From Octopus sinensis (Eukaryota): DNA of 64,000 nt. The stretch lies in assembly GCF_006345805.1 (NCBI RefSeq), contig NC_042999.1, forward strand, positions 12,338,001-12,402,000. The letters are read 5' to 3'. Position numbers and translations under genes: made by a program. How positions within the stretch are numbered: the first letter of the stretch is position 1; each line of letters opens with the position of its first letter. Shown in pieces: positions 10,471 through 23,997 of the stretch. The notes beneath the pieces were generated by a model. It ran no database searches. It had not been told where the DNA came from and saw nothing but the letters and a program-made list of their open reading frames with translations.

Positions 10471-13400
10471 TTACTTGTTGTAGCCTAATGATAGGAATTG
10501 TTCTTTTTCAACAGTTTAATCTGTTGTGCATATATGAAATAATAAAAATAATAATAAAGGGTGGAAGATCTGGCTTTCATTGTGCCAATGCTGATTGTGG
10601 CAGCTCTGAGCTTGAAGACCTGGGAAAGAAGTTGGAGGATGTTTCATCTTTTGAAAAGAAAAACGTCTTTGTGGTTGCCTGCCTGGAGCCAACTGGTCCT
10701 TGTGCTTAGTGTGAAGCATGAGTTATGAGTGCACTTTCAACTAGCTTCAGTCCTGAAAAGCCTTGTGAGCATGCACATACATGTATGTAACTGTAAATAT
10801 ATACACACATACTTACATTATGTGCACAAATACATGTCCATATCATTATGCACATGCTCATGGGTGGGAAACACATACACAAGCAGTGGTCTGTGTGCAT
10901 GTACTCAAGGCTGTTTTGTAGAAGTGGTGGTGAGGGGTGGTAGGGAGGTAAGGGTGGTTTCAGATGAAATCGCACAACTAGATGTCTCTCTCTGAAGGTT
11001 ATCGACCAAAATGGAAATATATTTTGTCTATTGATGGAGATATATCCATTATCCATAATCTGTAGCATCAGAGAGGGAAAGAGAGAATTAAAAATTTGAC
11101 AGGAGTTGGAAGTTATTCGCCTATCAATAGACAGACAGAGAAATTATGTCCATTGGACCACAGAGGGAAAAAGAAGAGAACAGTTAGACATTGCGACAGA
11201 TGAATCAAAATTTAATTCTCAGGTGTCACCAACTGTGCGATGGATTTGTCAAGAAGTTCATGGAATAAATGACAGAAGAAAATTAATAGCTGAAATGGTC
11301 TTTCTTTTAACATTACAATATTAAAAAAAAAAACCCAGCTTTGAGTTGTCGATGTTTAAAGATTAGTTGACATTCTGTTATTCATTTCATAGGTAGTTGC
11401 GTTCATTTATGTGACTGCTGGGAGACAGCCGGAGGCAGAAGAGAGAAAGAGAAATAGAATTTACTTTCCTGGGTTAATAAGTAGAGAGGGCAAAAGTGGT
11501 ATAGTCTCTCAGTTACACATAAGAAGTGCTCACTCTACCAGGTGCCAGGTAAAAGATCAGGTGCTGAAAGAGGAAAGGGTTTTTCATAGGTAATCTGATC
11601 GGAAGCCTAAAGGTCATGACAGTTGACTCTCATAAATTTCTTAGTACAAATGCTGAGAACAATAGGAAGGGACTCAATAATTTAGAGAGGGTTTTGAATC
11701 CTGGCTAAGAATCCAGGAAGTGATTTCCGTCACATATCATTATCATTGTCATCATCATCATCATCATTTAATGTTTGTTTTCCATGTTGGCATGGCTTGG
11801 ACTGTCTGACAGGAGCTGGTAAGCTGTAGAACTGCACCAAGCTCCACTGTCAGTTTTTGTATGATTTTTGCAGCTCAGTGCCCTTGTTAATGCCAACCAC
11901 TTGGTAGAGGAGACTATATATACATGTGTTTGTGTGTGTGTGTATATCTATGTACATATATGTGTGCGTGTGTGTACACATATGTCTGTGTGTGGGGACA
12001 CATACACTCACACACCAAATCTACATCAACATCTTTCTCAATTGTAGGTATTTTTTCTTTGTCTATTCAATTCAGTTCTCCTTTGTCTACGCAGCCCTAT
12101 CATTATATTATGGCAATTGAACATTTCAGCTTCCATTCCACTTTACTGCACTTTTATGCACAGACAAAATCACATTGTGCATCGACAACAAGGGTATCAG
12201 ATATCTCAAACATTCATGGCTGTTGTTTTATCTCTTAGCACACTTAGGAGCCAAAACAGAAAAGATCAAACAAGAACATAAGTTTGAAAGAAGAGAAATC
12301 TAAAGACTCATGCAAATCTGGAACATTAAAAGATCTCCTTCAAATTATTCTCCTCACTCATGCAATACAAACATATGCCATCTAATATTTCATATAAAAG
12401 TGTGCTGGACACTAATAATAAGCTAAAACTTCATCATCGTTTTATAAGAAAGTGCCATATGTTCTAATGACAGAACACACTTTATAACTCAGATGGAAAT
12501 TGTGAAAACAAAATAATGTAAATCTGTATTAATTACATAATCTAATTATAGAAAGAAATATAGAAAGGACTTTGTAAGAAGCCTTTTAATTTTTTACTTG
12601 TTTCAGTCATTGGACTGTGGCCATACTGGAGCACTGTTTTGAAGAGTTTAGTCAAACAAATTGTTTTAAGTTGGTAGTTAATCAATCAGTCACTTTTGCA
12701 GCACCTACTAAGTTATGGGGATATAAACAAACTAACACCAGTTGTCAAGTGGCAGGAAGAAGGTGTGAACAAATGCACAGACACACTCGTAGCCATGAAT
12801 GTTTGAGATATCTGATATTCTTGTTGTCAAGGCACAATGTAATTTTCTCTGTGCCTTGCTGTAAGGTGGAGAGAGGTATGATGTGAACGGAAGTACCAGG
12901 CACTCACAGAGGAATAGAGAGAGACAGACAGACAGACTGTCCGAAGACTATGGAAATATTTACTTGTTCAAGGACTAAGAAAATATCTACAAAACATTTC
13001 ACTTAATTTTTTTCTCCAATTTAATTGATTTTTGTTATTTTACTCTTAATTGAAAAAGTCTAAAAAGTCTAAAAAGACAGAAACTGGTACTAAAATATCC
13101 TTCATGATAAAATTATTTTAGCATTTTCTACCTTGTCTTATTTTCCTTATACATATCAACTCACATGTCACTTTTCTACTTTTTACACACACACACACAT
13201 ATATATATGCATACACAACAAACTTCCATAGAGTTTCCATCTACCAAATGCACTCACAAGGCATTGGTTGGTCCATTGATATAGTAGAGGGTACTTGCCC
13301 AATGTACTACACAGTGGGACTGAACCCAAAACCACACGATTACAAAGTGGACTTCTTAACCACACAGGCATGCCTAAAGAACAAAGGTTTGAATTATTCC

Positions 13401-16119
13401 TCTTGAGAAGCAGAAAATGAAACTCCAGTTGTGAAACAGAACCGAACCCATGTTGCTATTTTCAGGATCTGGCTTTGCACTGATCTAAACCAGGGAAACT
13501 TATATTTTTAGAATGTTGAATCTAAGTTCTGACTTAGACTTAGGTCTCTCATGAGTTCTAGGACCTATAAAGACTAGAGATTAACCTGCTTTCTATAGTG
13601 TATAAGTGAATGAGATTATAATTCTTCCCCTGGAAGGGACACAGGTCTGTTACAGAGTGAACTTCTCAGCTATTGTTGGGACTCACGGCTGAGTGGACTG
13701 GAGCAGTGTGAAATGAAATGCTTTGCTCAGGAACACAACACACTGCCCAGTCTAGGAATTTAAACCCTGATGGTTCAATTGTGAGTGAAACACCCCAACT
13801 TCTTCAGGAAGAAGAAGAAAAAGAAAGGGTTTGTGTTGAGAATGTTCTGTTTTACTTCCCTTTCAAGTTTTATCTTTATTATCCATTTGCCAAGTGAAGT
13901 TATTGTACGGACTCTAAATTTTTCTATCCAAACATACATGCCATGTCTAAAACAATTAATACAATGAACTAAAGGCATTTTTGTTTTAAACTTGGCATTA
14001 ATGGCTGAGGCTTAAGCAAATATAAACTTAGTGTGAACTGACAATAACTGATACGCTCTATTCAGTCAGTCTCCTTTTCACTTGAAGCAAATTGCCTCCA
14101 CAAAGATGGGAGAGAATATAATGCTGGGATTCATTGGGTTTATATTTGCTAAAGTTATCTAACAGATAACTGGAAAAATGAATAAAGAGAAAGACAACAA
14201 CAAGGTAAATTGTTTTTGATTTGTGGACAATGTTTTAAGTCATCAAAGATTCATTAATAGCTTCTTTTTTTTTGTGGAATGTTTTTATTTTATTTTCATT
14301 AAAGTTGTTAGAACAATCATATATTTCAGAGCACTTATCAATGACATTATTATCATTGATAAGTTCTTAATCAATTTTTCTAAATTAAATTAGTTCTAAA
14401 GACCTCTGAAAAGTAAAGCTAGAAGGCCAGAAACACTGGTATTGCTGTCCCAAAGTCCTCTTGCTCCAATTTATCTGAAAGATGAAGTTGTTTTGTTAAA
14501 ATACAACAACAATTAACACATTCATGTCCAAATTTGCCAGAACATACTGCAAACGTCTATGTCTGTCATCATTTGATTCTCACTGTTCAGCCATACACGC
14601 AAGGATCTATTATTAGCTGGCACTATTCTAAGACACACAGCTTCACTTCTATATAGTATCAGGTAAGATATTATTAGATCTAAGGAACTAGAAATGAGCT
14701 GCTGGAATTCGTAGAGCAGATCAAAATAGAATTGCAGGTAGCAACTATATTAGTTTGCACCTAATATCTTGGTTAGTCCACAATTAGCAGTTTACATGAT
14801 TTGATAAAATGGATAACTGAACTCCCAGAAGAATCACATCTGTTGGAAACCAATCTGTACTGCTTTAGTTATTGTTGTTGGTGTTGTTGTTGATGGTGTT
14901 ACTCATCCCAAGTCATTCTTTTCATGAAGCAGACCTATGCTGAAAGACATTCCATCCATGGCCATTCGGTGTTTTTTTTAAAGGGGTATACAGAGAACTT
15001 CATCATCTAAATGAGTTCCTGTTCTTATTTAAAATAGTTAAGATATAATTTGAGGATGATTCTTGCTGCTATTTCTTGCAGGTCGAGTGGCCACATAAAG
15101 GCTCCAACATTCAAAGTGATGGAAAGTACAAAAGAAATATTTTTATTTTCATAAAACACCTTTGAAGTGATGTTACTTGGTTGTTTTATTTTTATAACAA
15201 AAGCCTTTGAGAACAGGAAACGGACCTGCCTCTGCATGTTATGGAAAAACCACATCGAATGGAAGCATTTCATTCAGTCAATAAGCCAGCTCTTTTGTTT
15301 ATTGTTTTTTTTCTTCTTTTTTCTTATACAGTCATGTGACTTCAGACTTTTTTTTATGAATGAAGAAATCAAACAAATGGTGGTCATGTTAGGTTTTTTC
15401 CCTTTTCCTTTTCCGGAAGGGCAGTATTGACTTTATTCTAGTAAAATGCCAACAATATATGAATCAAAACTGGGTGGACGGCTTTGGTTTGTTTTGCCCC
15501 TCGTTCGTTTTTCATACATTATCAATGTCAGAAAAGTACCACATTCATTCAATATATTATAGATATTCCTAAGAGTACCACATTCATTCAATATATTATG
15601 AATGTCTGTAAGAGTGCTGCATTCATTCATTGTGCCAAAGTAAGTTTCTGAGACAACAGATCTATTTATAACAAGGGTCATCAAAGTAGTCAATATTGAC
15701 CCTGATGGAGATATGTGTGTGTTTGTAGGGGGTGTCTATATAGCTGTCCAAGGAATCAACAAACATCTGAAACAATTTGGAGCATTAAGGGTGTTGGAAT
15801 TATTAGCAAACCAAATCTAGATGAGCAAGGGTACTCACTAATTTCCAACCAAATACTTGATGCAAAAACTAGTATTCACCAAACATGTATTTCACTTTAA
15901 ATATTCCAACTATATCAATATCACTGAATTTTTATTGTTCTTTATCAATTTCATTAAGTATGTTCATTAAATTTCTGTAAAAGTATTTCTTACTAAAAAG
16001 TGGTAAAGACACAATAGATGAAAGGAATTATTGTTTGTAAATCAAATGCCGTTTTGCTGCCAACTTTCAATCTCTTCAATTCCTGCTAAAATTGATTTCA
16101 TATTTGGTGGAATGATCAT

Positions 16120-16600
16120 CATCATCATCATCATCGTTTAGCGTCCGTTTTCCATGCTAGCATGGGTTGGACGGTTCTACTGGGGTCTGTGAAGCCAGAA
16201 GGCTTCATCAGGCCCAGTCAAATCTGGCAGTGTTTCTACGGCTGGATGCCCTTCCTAACGCCAACCACTCCGTGAGTGTAGTGGGTGCTTTTTACGTGTC
16301 ACCTGCACAGGTGCCAGACAGAGCTGGCAAACGGCCACGAACGGATGGTGCTTTTTATGTGCCACCGGCACAAGGGCCAGGCGAGGCTGGCAACGGACAC
16401 GAAACGGGGCGGTGCTGGCAACGGTCGTGAAACGGAAGGTTCTCTGACATGCCACCGGCACTGGTAACACATCTGCAATTTCCATTGATCGATTTCCATT
16501 CTGATCCTCACTTGCCTCAACGGGTCTTCACAAGTAGAGTTTCGACATGCCACCGGCACTGGTAACACATCTGCAATTTCCATTGATCGATTTCCATTTC
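16120..16600 (-). mobile_element. RTE 3'UTR/tail fragment with a local ~50-bp duplication
   Basis: Same sequence as 48358-48780; ATGCCACCGGCACTGGTAACACATCTGCAATTTCCATTGATCGATTTCCATT occurs twice. Confidence 0.85.
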
Positions 16601-17814
16601 TGATATGGTTTCATATGCTAATCACTGCTTTGACATTCATTAATGAAGTGCTATTAGCTTTTAAAGTTTGAAAATTTGGTGTAATTTTAACCAGTCATAA
16701 GCCACAGATACATTCATGCCTGTTTCCATACTAACAAACCAAGCATGAGAACTCTTTTGTCTGCACGACAGCATATGTTGACAAATATTTCCACTCATTG
16801 AGATGGCCATCAAATGTGCTAAAAATAACAGCTAAATAGGCCTTAAATCACACACCAAAACAATTTTTGTTTTATTTTTGGATAATCGCATGAATTTCCA
16901 TGGTATAGAATGCAAATTCACAAGAATGTTCTAAAAACGTCCAAATCCTGTTTTCTTATCGGGTGAAAATGATCAAACTTTAAACCTCTATAACTTTCTT
17001 TAAAAAAGTTTTCTGGAAAAAGTGAAATATCTCCTGAGATTCAGCTTGGAAAACTACACTAATAGACCAAATTTTAAAATTTTCAATAAACTTGGCAGCC
17101 AAACTGTAAAGATACTAATTTTATTTTTAAAATTTACATGATGGCGGGAGTGGAGGGGGATAAGTTATTAATTCTATGAAAGGGGTCAATGATATAAGAA
17201 GCTTGCTGGCTCCTGATTATAAAGAGAACAAGAGAGTAAACTATATTGGTGATGGTGTAAGCTGTGTCTATTTGATCATAGAAGCTGCTAAACTATTGTG
17301 ATGCACTGAAAGACAGAGGTGAGTTTAATAATAGTAACAAATGAATGAATGCGTAGTGGGGGAGGGATCAGCTTTTATAAAATATTATTCCTTCAATAAA
17401 TACTCACCTGTGATAGTCGTTATCTTAGACTTTTCCTTTTAATTGAAAAGACTCAGGCAAAAATCGATTGTAATTACATTGCTAAGCACTAACACAAAAA
17501 CAACAATCAATAATTTAAAGAAATATCTAATGGTAGGTGGGTTTTTTTACAAGTACAATGTTAACAAGCAGCTGACATAATGTAGTGATTAAGATATTTC
17601 ATCCGGACAAGACAACAGAATATGTGTGTGTGTGTGTGTGTGTATGTGTTGACTAAACTGCATGGATGAACATACATATACATATGTGTATGTATATGTG
17701 TGAGTGTATGTGTGTGTGTGTATGAATGAGTATACCTACATGCATACAATCATGCACACATCCACATATACGCATATGTATGTATGTATATATATGTATG
17801 TGTGTATATATATA

Positions 17815-17847
<33 letters not shown>

Positions 17848-18713
17848 GTGTGAATGTGTGTGTGTATATGTGTGTGCGTATACACACACACGCACACACG
17901 CACACACACACATATTCTTCTGCCATAAAACAAATAGGAACATACGTGTACTTCTCATATTCAAATAAGTAAATATACAAATACATAGAAATGACAGACA
18001 GTAAGATGATCCCTTTTCTGTCCTAAATTGTACCACAATGAAAGCTCCCATTATATATGTCTTTGAACAAAGCAAGGAGAAGAGTAGCAGCAGCAGCAAC
18101 AGCAACAACAATGTTTTATTAATAAATAAGGGTTCACAAAGAAAGACAGAAAAAGGAAGGTCTGTCTTCTGTGAATGGCAATAAATTTGATAAAACAATT
18201 CTTGTCTGAGTGAATATAAAGACATTATCTAAAAGTCAATTAACATTTTCTTTCTATTTTCATGGTATTGTTATTCAACCCTGGTTTGTTTGGACTGAGC
18301 AGACCTGTGATCAAAAAGGCATTCTAACTGTGACCATCCTGACTTTTTGCAAATCAGTGATTATATTTTACCATGTGTCTTATCATCATCATCATCATCA
18401 TCATCATCATCGTTTAACATCCGCTTTCCATGCTAGCATGGGTTGGATGATTTGACTGAGGAATGGCGAACCAGATGGCTGCACCAGGCTCCAATCTGAT
18501 TTGGCAAAGTTTCTACAGCTCGATGCCCTTCCTAACACCAACCACTCCGAGAGTGTAGTGGGTACTTTTACGTGCCAGTGGCACAAGGGCCAGTCTGGCG
18601 GTACTGGCAATGGCCATGCTCAAATGGTGTTTTTAATGTGCCACCTGCACAGGAGCCAGTCCAGCAGCATTGGCAACAACCCCGCTTGAATGTTTATATA
18701 TATACATGTAGTA

Positions 18714-18746
<33 letters not shown>

Positions 18747-21389
18747 AAGTATACGTCAATATGTGAAAGTCAAAAGTCAATGAGAGAGGTGAGCTTGGTC
18801 TGAGTGAATGGACCTACTCTGAGCAGGTACCTGTAGCTTGAAGAAGGACAACAGGGAGAAGGCACCTACCTAAATGCTTAGAGTGACTTTAGTGTTTCCA
18901 TGAGGATCCCTCAGAAATGTCTTTCTTTCACAGAGTCATTCCTTGCTTAGAATCTATTGGTTTTCGTTACTGTTCTTCTCCTTTCCCTGTATCAGGGAAA
19001 TGTTTTTGTGAAACCTTTTGTAGTTAATAAAGAAACATTTTAAAGAGATTTGGGTGAGATTTGAGGAAGATTTGGCTGCTATTTGTTGTTGAAGTGGTGG
19101 GGGGAGTAGTTGTGATGGTAGATGGTGGTTGTGGTGGTGATGTTTCTGCTGGTGGATAATCTTTAGTAAACCCTGGTCATCTGTATTTAGGCAAATCTGT
19201 TGTACAGAGGCAGCAACGGATAAACTAAACACAGACAGACACACAAAGTTTATCTTAATAACTCAAAGATATTGAACAAAGGGAACAAAGGGGTTCTTAT
19301 AGAATTCCTTGCCTCTTTCATGTAGTCCACATCAATTCCACAATAAATCCCCCACCACCTTTAAAATTTAGGACCACATATTTTCCCACTTCAGTCTTTT
19401 CAAAAAAGGATAACAGCAAATTTCTTTGTGATAAAGACATTCGAAAGCTAATGAAGCCCTGAAGTTAGATCCAATCAGACATGATGGGCATGGAACAGAT
19501 GGATGGATGTATGTCCAAAGTACTGATGGGACTGTAAGTGTTTTCAAGGCATTTGGTTTAACACCATCATGCAATCCATGGATGTCTTTAGCGGAGTCCA
19601 TTCTTGTAAGTATTCAAGTGAGGTATCCAGTCTGAGCACTTCCTTGCTTCCACCCCATTAGTCATATTGTTTATTCTTAAATATTTACAGCCATTTTTTC
19701 ATGTTAGCATGAGTTAGCCAAATTTACCTAAAGCAATTAAACATATTAATGAGATAGAATGGAAAACAGACGTTAAACGATGATTATGATGATGATATAG
19801 TTTTATAACTAGATGCCCTTCTTGCCGCCAACCTTTACCTGTTTTCAAAATGAGGGATCTCTTAGAGCACATGGCTTCCAAAATGCAAAACCCACTGAGA
19901 ATTTCTTGTCAGGAGAAATGACAATACTACCACTTGTAGTTTGTGATATTCATGGGTATGCATGCACACACACACACACACACACGATGGTTTTTGGTTT
20001 TGTACTGTTTCTAACTATCAAATCCACTCATAAAGGTTTAGTTGGCCCAAGGCTATTGTAGAAGAGACATGTCCAAGGTGTCATGCCAGGGGGCTAAACC
20101 CAAGACTATGTGTCTGGGAAGCTAACTTTTTAGGCACACAGCCATGCCCGTGTCATGTATACAGACCCTAAAATAATCAAAGACCCTGTTCTTCCTTCTT
20201 TGCCTTAGCCATTAAAAACATAAAAAATTTTGCTGCTCCCACCATTATGTCTGTACAAGTAATGACCATTCAACTTTCTTTTTTAACTGCTTTTTATGAC
20301 TGGAGAAATGAAAAGCAAACAAAAAACAAACCCATAACCTGACCAAGTAATGAATGTATTCTTTAAAATCCACTTGGTTCCAGTTGGGTCCTCTCATCCA
20401 GTGCTTTGCCAACAAATAAAATATGCTTCAATCATTTTTTATTCTTCCTTTTTTTTCATGAAATCTTAAAATCCAGTATGAGTTTTTAGACACACATACA
20501 ATTGTTTTTGAAGAGTTATGTTTACCAAATTCCACCCCACTCCCAAAGGAGTGGTCAACTTGAAGCAACAGTAGAGAAGTACTCGCCCAAGGTGTGTCAC
20601 AGTGGGTTCAAGTCTACATCATTATGATTGTGAAGTGAGCTTCGTAACCACACAGAGGGATGTTTGTTGATTATGTTAAGAAGCTTCATGTCACAATGGC
20701 AGAGTTATGGCACAGGAGTAACTGATGAATTAAATTCCTAATAATTCTTACTGTTGAAATCCTGTCTTTATTATGAAGTATCTTGTTCAAAAATGTAACC
20801 ATTTTGGTACCAGCCTGCCTGAGACAACCTTTGGTTGTAAGTTACAAACTTTCAGTTCTAAAATGATCTAAATTAAATACTTCCATCAAAATTTTATGTT
20901 AATACATGTTCCAAACATTAAATGACAAGTTGCTTTACAAAATTCTTTCTTTTTTTTAAAAATTAATTGAAAGAAAGGCAGAGTATTTCAACAGAAATAT
21001 GGCAACGAAAGAGTTAAGACTTGGAACAAATGGTATCATTTGAAAGCTATTAGAGAAATAAGTGGGAGAGTCATCTGCAACATTGAGGAGGCTGACTGAC
21101 CAGAGAGAAACACCTTTGTTGCCTTGGTTGTGGATCTGAAAGATTATGCAGGAAATACTGTCTACTCTTACTATACCATATCCTTTTCCCTGTTTTTTTA
21201 GAAATTTTGTTCAGCAGCCATTAAAAGAACTCAGATATAATTTGACATAAAGAAATATGTTATCTTTTATTTGAACAAACTGAACACAAGTCATAATCTT
21301 GTCTTTATATGAGGATTTCAACTGACCTAATCCTTCATTATCATCAGGTTTTTATGCAGAATCCAAAGATATGCAGTATACAAGTTTAT

Positions 21390-21575
21390 CAATAATATAA
21401 AGAAGTTTGATCGTCTGTCTTTACATTCTGAGTTCAAATTCTGCCGAGGTCAACTTTGCCTTTCATCTTTTTGGGGTTGATAAATTAAGTACCAGTTGCA
21501 TACAGAGGTTGATCTAATCAACTGGCCCCCTCCCTAAAAATTTCGGGCCTTATGCCTTGAGCAGTAAAGTATATT
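21390..21575 (+). mobile_element. tRNA-derived SINE, family C (CTTTGCCTTTCATC..GGGGTTGATAAATTAAGTACCAG core)
   Basis: B-box-like GAGTTCAAATTC followed by the conserved core. Other copies at 39156-39227 plus 44842-44950, 45400-45510 and 45580-45680. Confidence 0.7.
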
Positions 21576-22057
21576 AAAAGGTTTGATATCATTCATGAAA
21601 GAAGTTTTAAAGATCAATATGAAGGCACAGGCATGGCTACATGGATAAGAAGCTTGTTTCTTCACAATGTGGTTTCAGGTTCAGTCCCATTGTGTGGTAC
21701 CTTCGTCTCCTATAACCCTTGGTCAATGTGAGTGTATTTATTAGATGGAGTCTGAAAGAAGCCTATTGTATAATCTCTCGTATCGTCTCTGATGATAGGG
21801 TATCCTTTATATCCCTGAAACAGCTGTAACACTATTCTTCTCTTTATAAAATGTCCAAGAAATTTCACACTGCCTGGGCTTTGTTGTCTCATTTTATTTA
21901 ACCTACACACGCTCACACATGATTCATATTAGACTCCTCACTCATACTATTATCGAACTGGGAGTCTAACAGCAGTCTTACCATAGCACCTACAGTCTTA
22001 CCTGCATTTTGGGTCTTATGGATACCAAAACCTCTCATATATACATACATACATATC

Positions 22058-22322
22058 TATTTAGTTATATTAAGGGCATATCTATATATAAATGCCTCAC
22101 ACTAGGAGGGACTCTTAAAGTCAAAAACTACCCTAATAAACACATTGTACGGAACGCGAGGGAATGCAACTCTCAATGTGAGCCTTTTAAAAACAGATTC
22201 AGCTTTGAGGGTTGCATTCCCTCACGTTTCGCACAATGTGTTTATTATGGTAGATTTGACTTTAAGAGTCCCTCATAGCGTGGGGCATTTATGTATAGTA
22301 ATGCCCTTAATATAAATAAATA
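22058..22322. repeat. Palindrome with ~118-bp arms and ~28-bp spacer
   Basis: 22058-22176 is the reverse complement of 22205-22322, with scattered substitutions. Confidence 0.9.
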
Positions 22323-22401
22323 TATTTAAAGGGAATAATTAATAAATTTTTCCCTAATGAGGTTTTTCACACTAATTACTTGATAAATTCTTATAAAGAT
22401 T

Positions 22402-22797
22402 GGATCTTTTCGGTTTGAACGAAATTTAAAATAATTTCCATGTAACTAAACACTTTTAAACTTCGTATACTGGTAGAATGTGTTTATAAAACATCTTTTC
22501 TCTTGGCCTTATTGAGAAAATTCTATAGTTTGTAAGATATTTGTGATTTTTTTTCTTCAATTTCTGCAATTTCAACCAATCGTCTATTGAGGTGAAACAT
22601 TCTGTGCCATATGAATATGTCCCTCGTTTAAGAAACAGATTGGGTTTATTTACATTTCTGAAGAAAAACGATACCCTTCCCCCACCCTAACCCTAAAACA
22701 GATTGAAATGCAATAGATCGATACTAGGGTCATAATTATGGGTGACAATTTCATATGACACCGCTATAAAAAACTGCCGTTCAAACCGAAAAGATCC
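22402..22797. mobile_element. MITE with 20-bp TIRs GGATCTTTTCGGTTTGAACG
   Basis: TIR at 22402 and its reverse complement ending at 22797 (followed by TA); non-coding interior. Confidence 0.75.
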
Positions 22798-22939
22798 TAA
22801 AGATTTTATCCTATTTTTAAATTGTACATACATACATACAAGCATGCATACATGCATGCATACATACATACATACATACATACATACATGCATGCATACA
22901 TGCATACATGCATGCATGCATGCATACATGCACACATAT

Positions 22940-23320
22940 CATTGGTTAGCAACCATTATATCGGCCTATGCCCCTCAACTGGGGCTACCCGATGGACAGA
23001 AAGACCGATTCTATGATACCCTCTTGCAGACTACCTTGTCGACGAATGACAGGGACCTTCTCTTTGTGGCTGGTGACTTCAATGGACATGATGGACAACA
23101 TACAGGGGGCTTCCATGGCATACATGGATTCTACAGTTATGGTTCCCGTAATTAGGAGAGAACCAGGCTGCTGATCAATACTAACTTCAGGAAACCTACC
23201 AGTCACCTAGTCACCTACCGATCAGAGAACCAGGCTGCCTTTGCAATACTAACTTCAGGAAACCTACCAGTCACCTAGTCACCTACCGATCTGGAAGACA
23301 CATTAGCCAAATTGACTACA
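22940..23320 (+). mobile_element. RTE LINE apurinic endonuclease fragment with an internal ~62-bp duplication
   Basis: TIISAYAPQLGLPDGQKDRFYDTLL...LFVAGDFNGH...; later NTNFRKPTSHLVTYRS (duplicated) and SQIDY. Confidence 0.85.
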
Positions 23321-23867
23321 ATAAACATGAGAATCAGGCAAACAACTTTATACGATTCACATATATTCACACCGTTGAACATAAATAAATACATATTAAA
23401 ATAGCCGGGCATTCAACACGCAAAACCCGAAGATATAAGAATATACATATGTACATATATGAAAATATGTGGAAAACCTGTAAAGAACGATGTATATGAA
23501 AGCATATGAAGAAAATACATGAAGGAAATATGAATGAATATATAGTAAGGTGACTAAAAATATTTTAAATAACATACTTAAACAGTAAATGTAAAAGGGA
23601 TCCAGAATAATGTTGAATAAAAAATATTTTTAGTCACCTTACTATATATTCATTCATATTTTCTTCATGTATTTTCTTCATATGCTTTCATATACATCGT
23701 TCTTTACAGGTTTTTCACATATTTTCATATATGTACATATGTATATTCTTATATCTTCGGGTTTTGTGTGTTGAATGCCCGGCTATTTTAATATGTATTT
23801 ATTTATGTTCAACGGTGTGAATATATGCGGATGATATAAAGCTGTTTGCCTGAATCTGATGTTTATT
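23321..23867. repeat. Palindrome with ~245-bp near-identical arms and ~54-bp spacer
   Basis: 23321-23566 is the reverse complement of 23621-23867. Confidence 0.92.
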
Positions 23868-23997
23868 TTCTCACCACTGGGTTTATATATATACATATAA
23901 TTTCAGTAAAACAATTTACATTCAAAAGAATATGGTACTTAACCTAGATGCACCAGAATTTTTTTATGGTATAACCATAAAATTATGTGGGGTGATT

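Noticed and set aside
10960-11330. Tc1-like transposase remnant (..TDESKFN..)
   Set aside because: Only one short motif is recognisable; too decayed to call.
17408-17488. Minus-strand exon with strong CAG|GTGAGT donor
   Set aside because: All three frames stop with either nearby acceptor; no partner exons found.
18950-19640. LINE ORF1/gag-like remnant
   Set aside because: Zinc-knuckle residues are only partly recoverable across frameshifts.
20200-20299. Strong minus-strand acceptor (ttttcatttctccag)
   Set aside because: All frames stop within about 10 codons and no upstream exon is evident.
21310-21350. CTGATGA...GAAA hammerhead candidate on the minus strand
   Set aside because: Stem I does not pair and stem II is not adjacent to GAAA.
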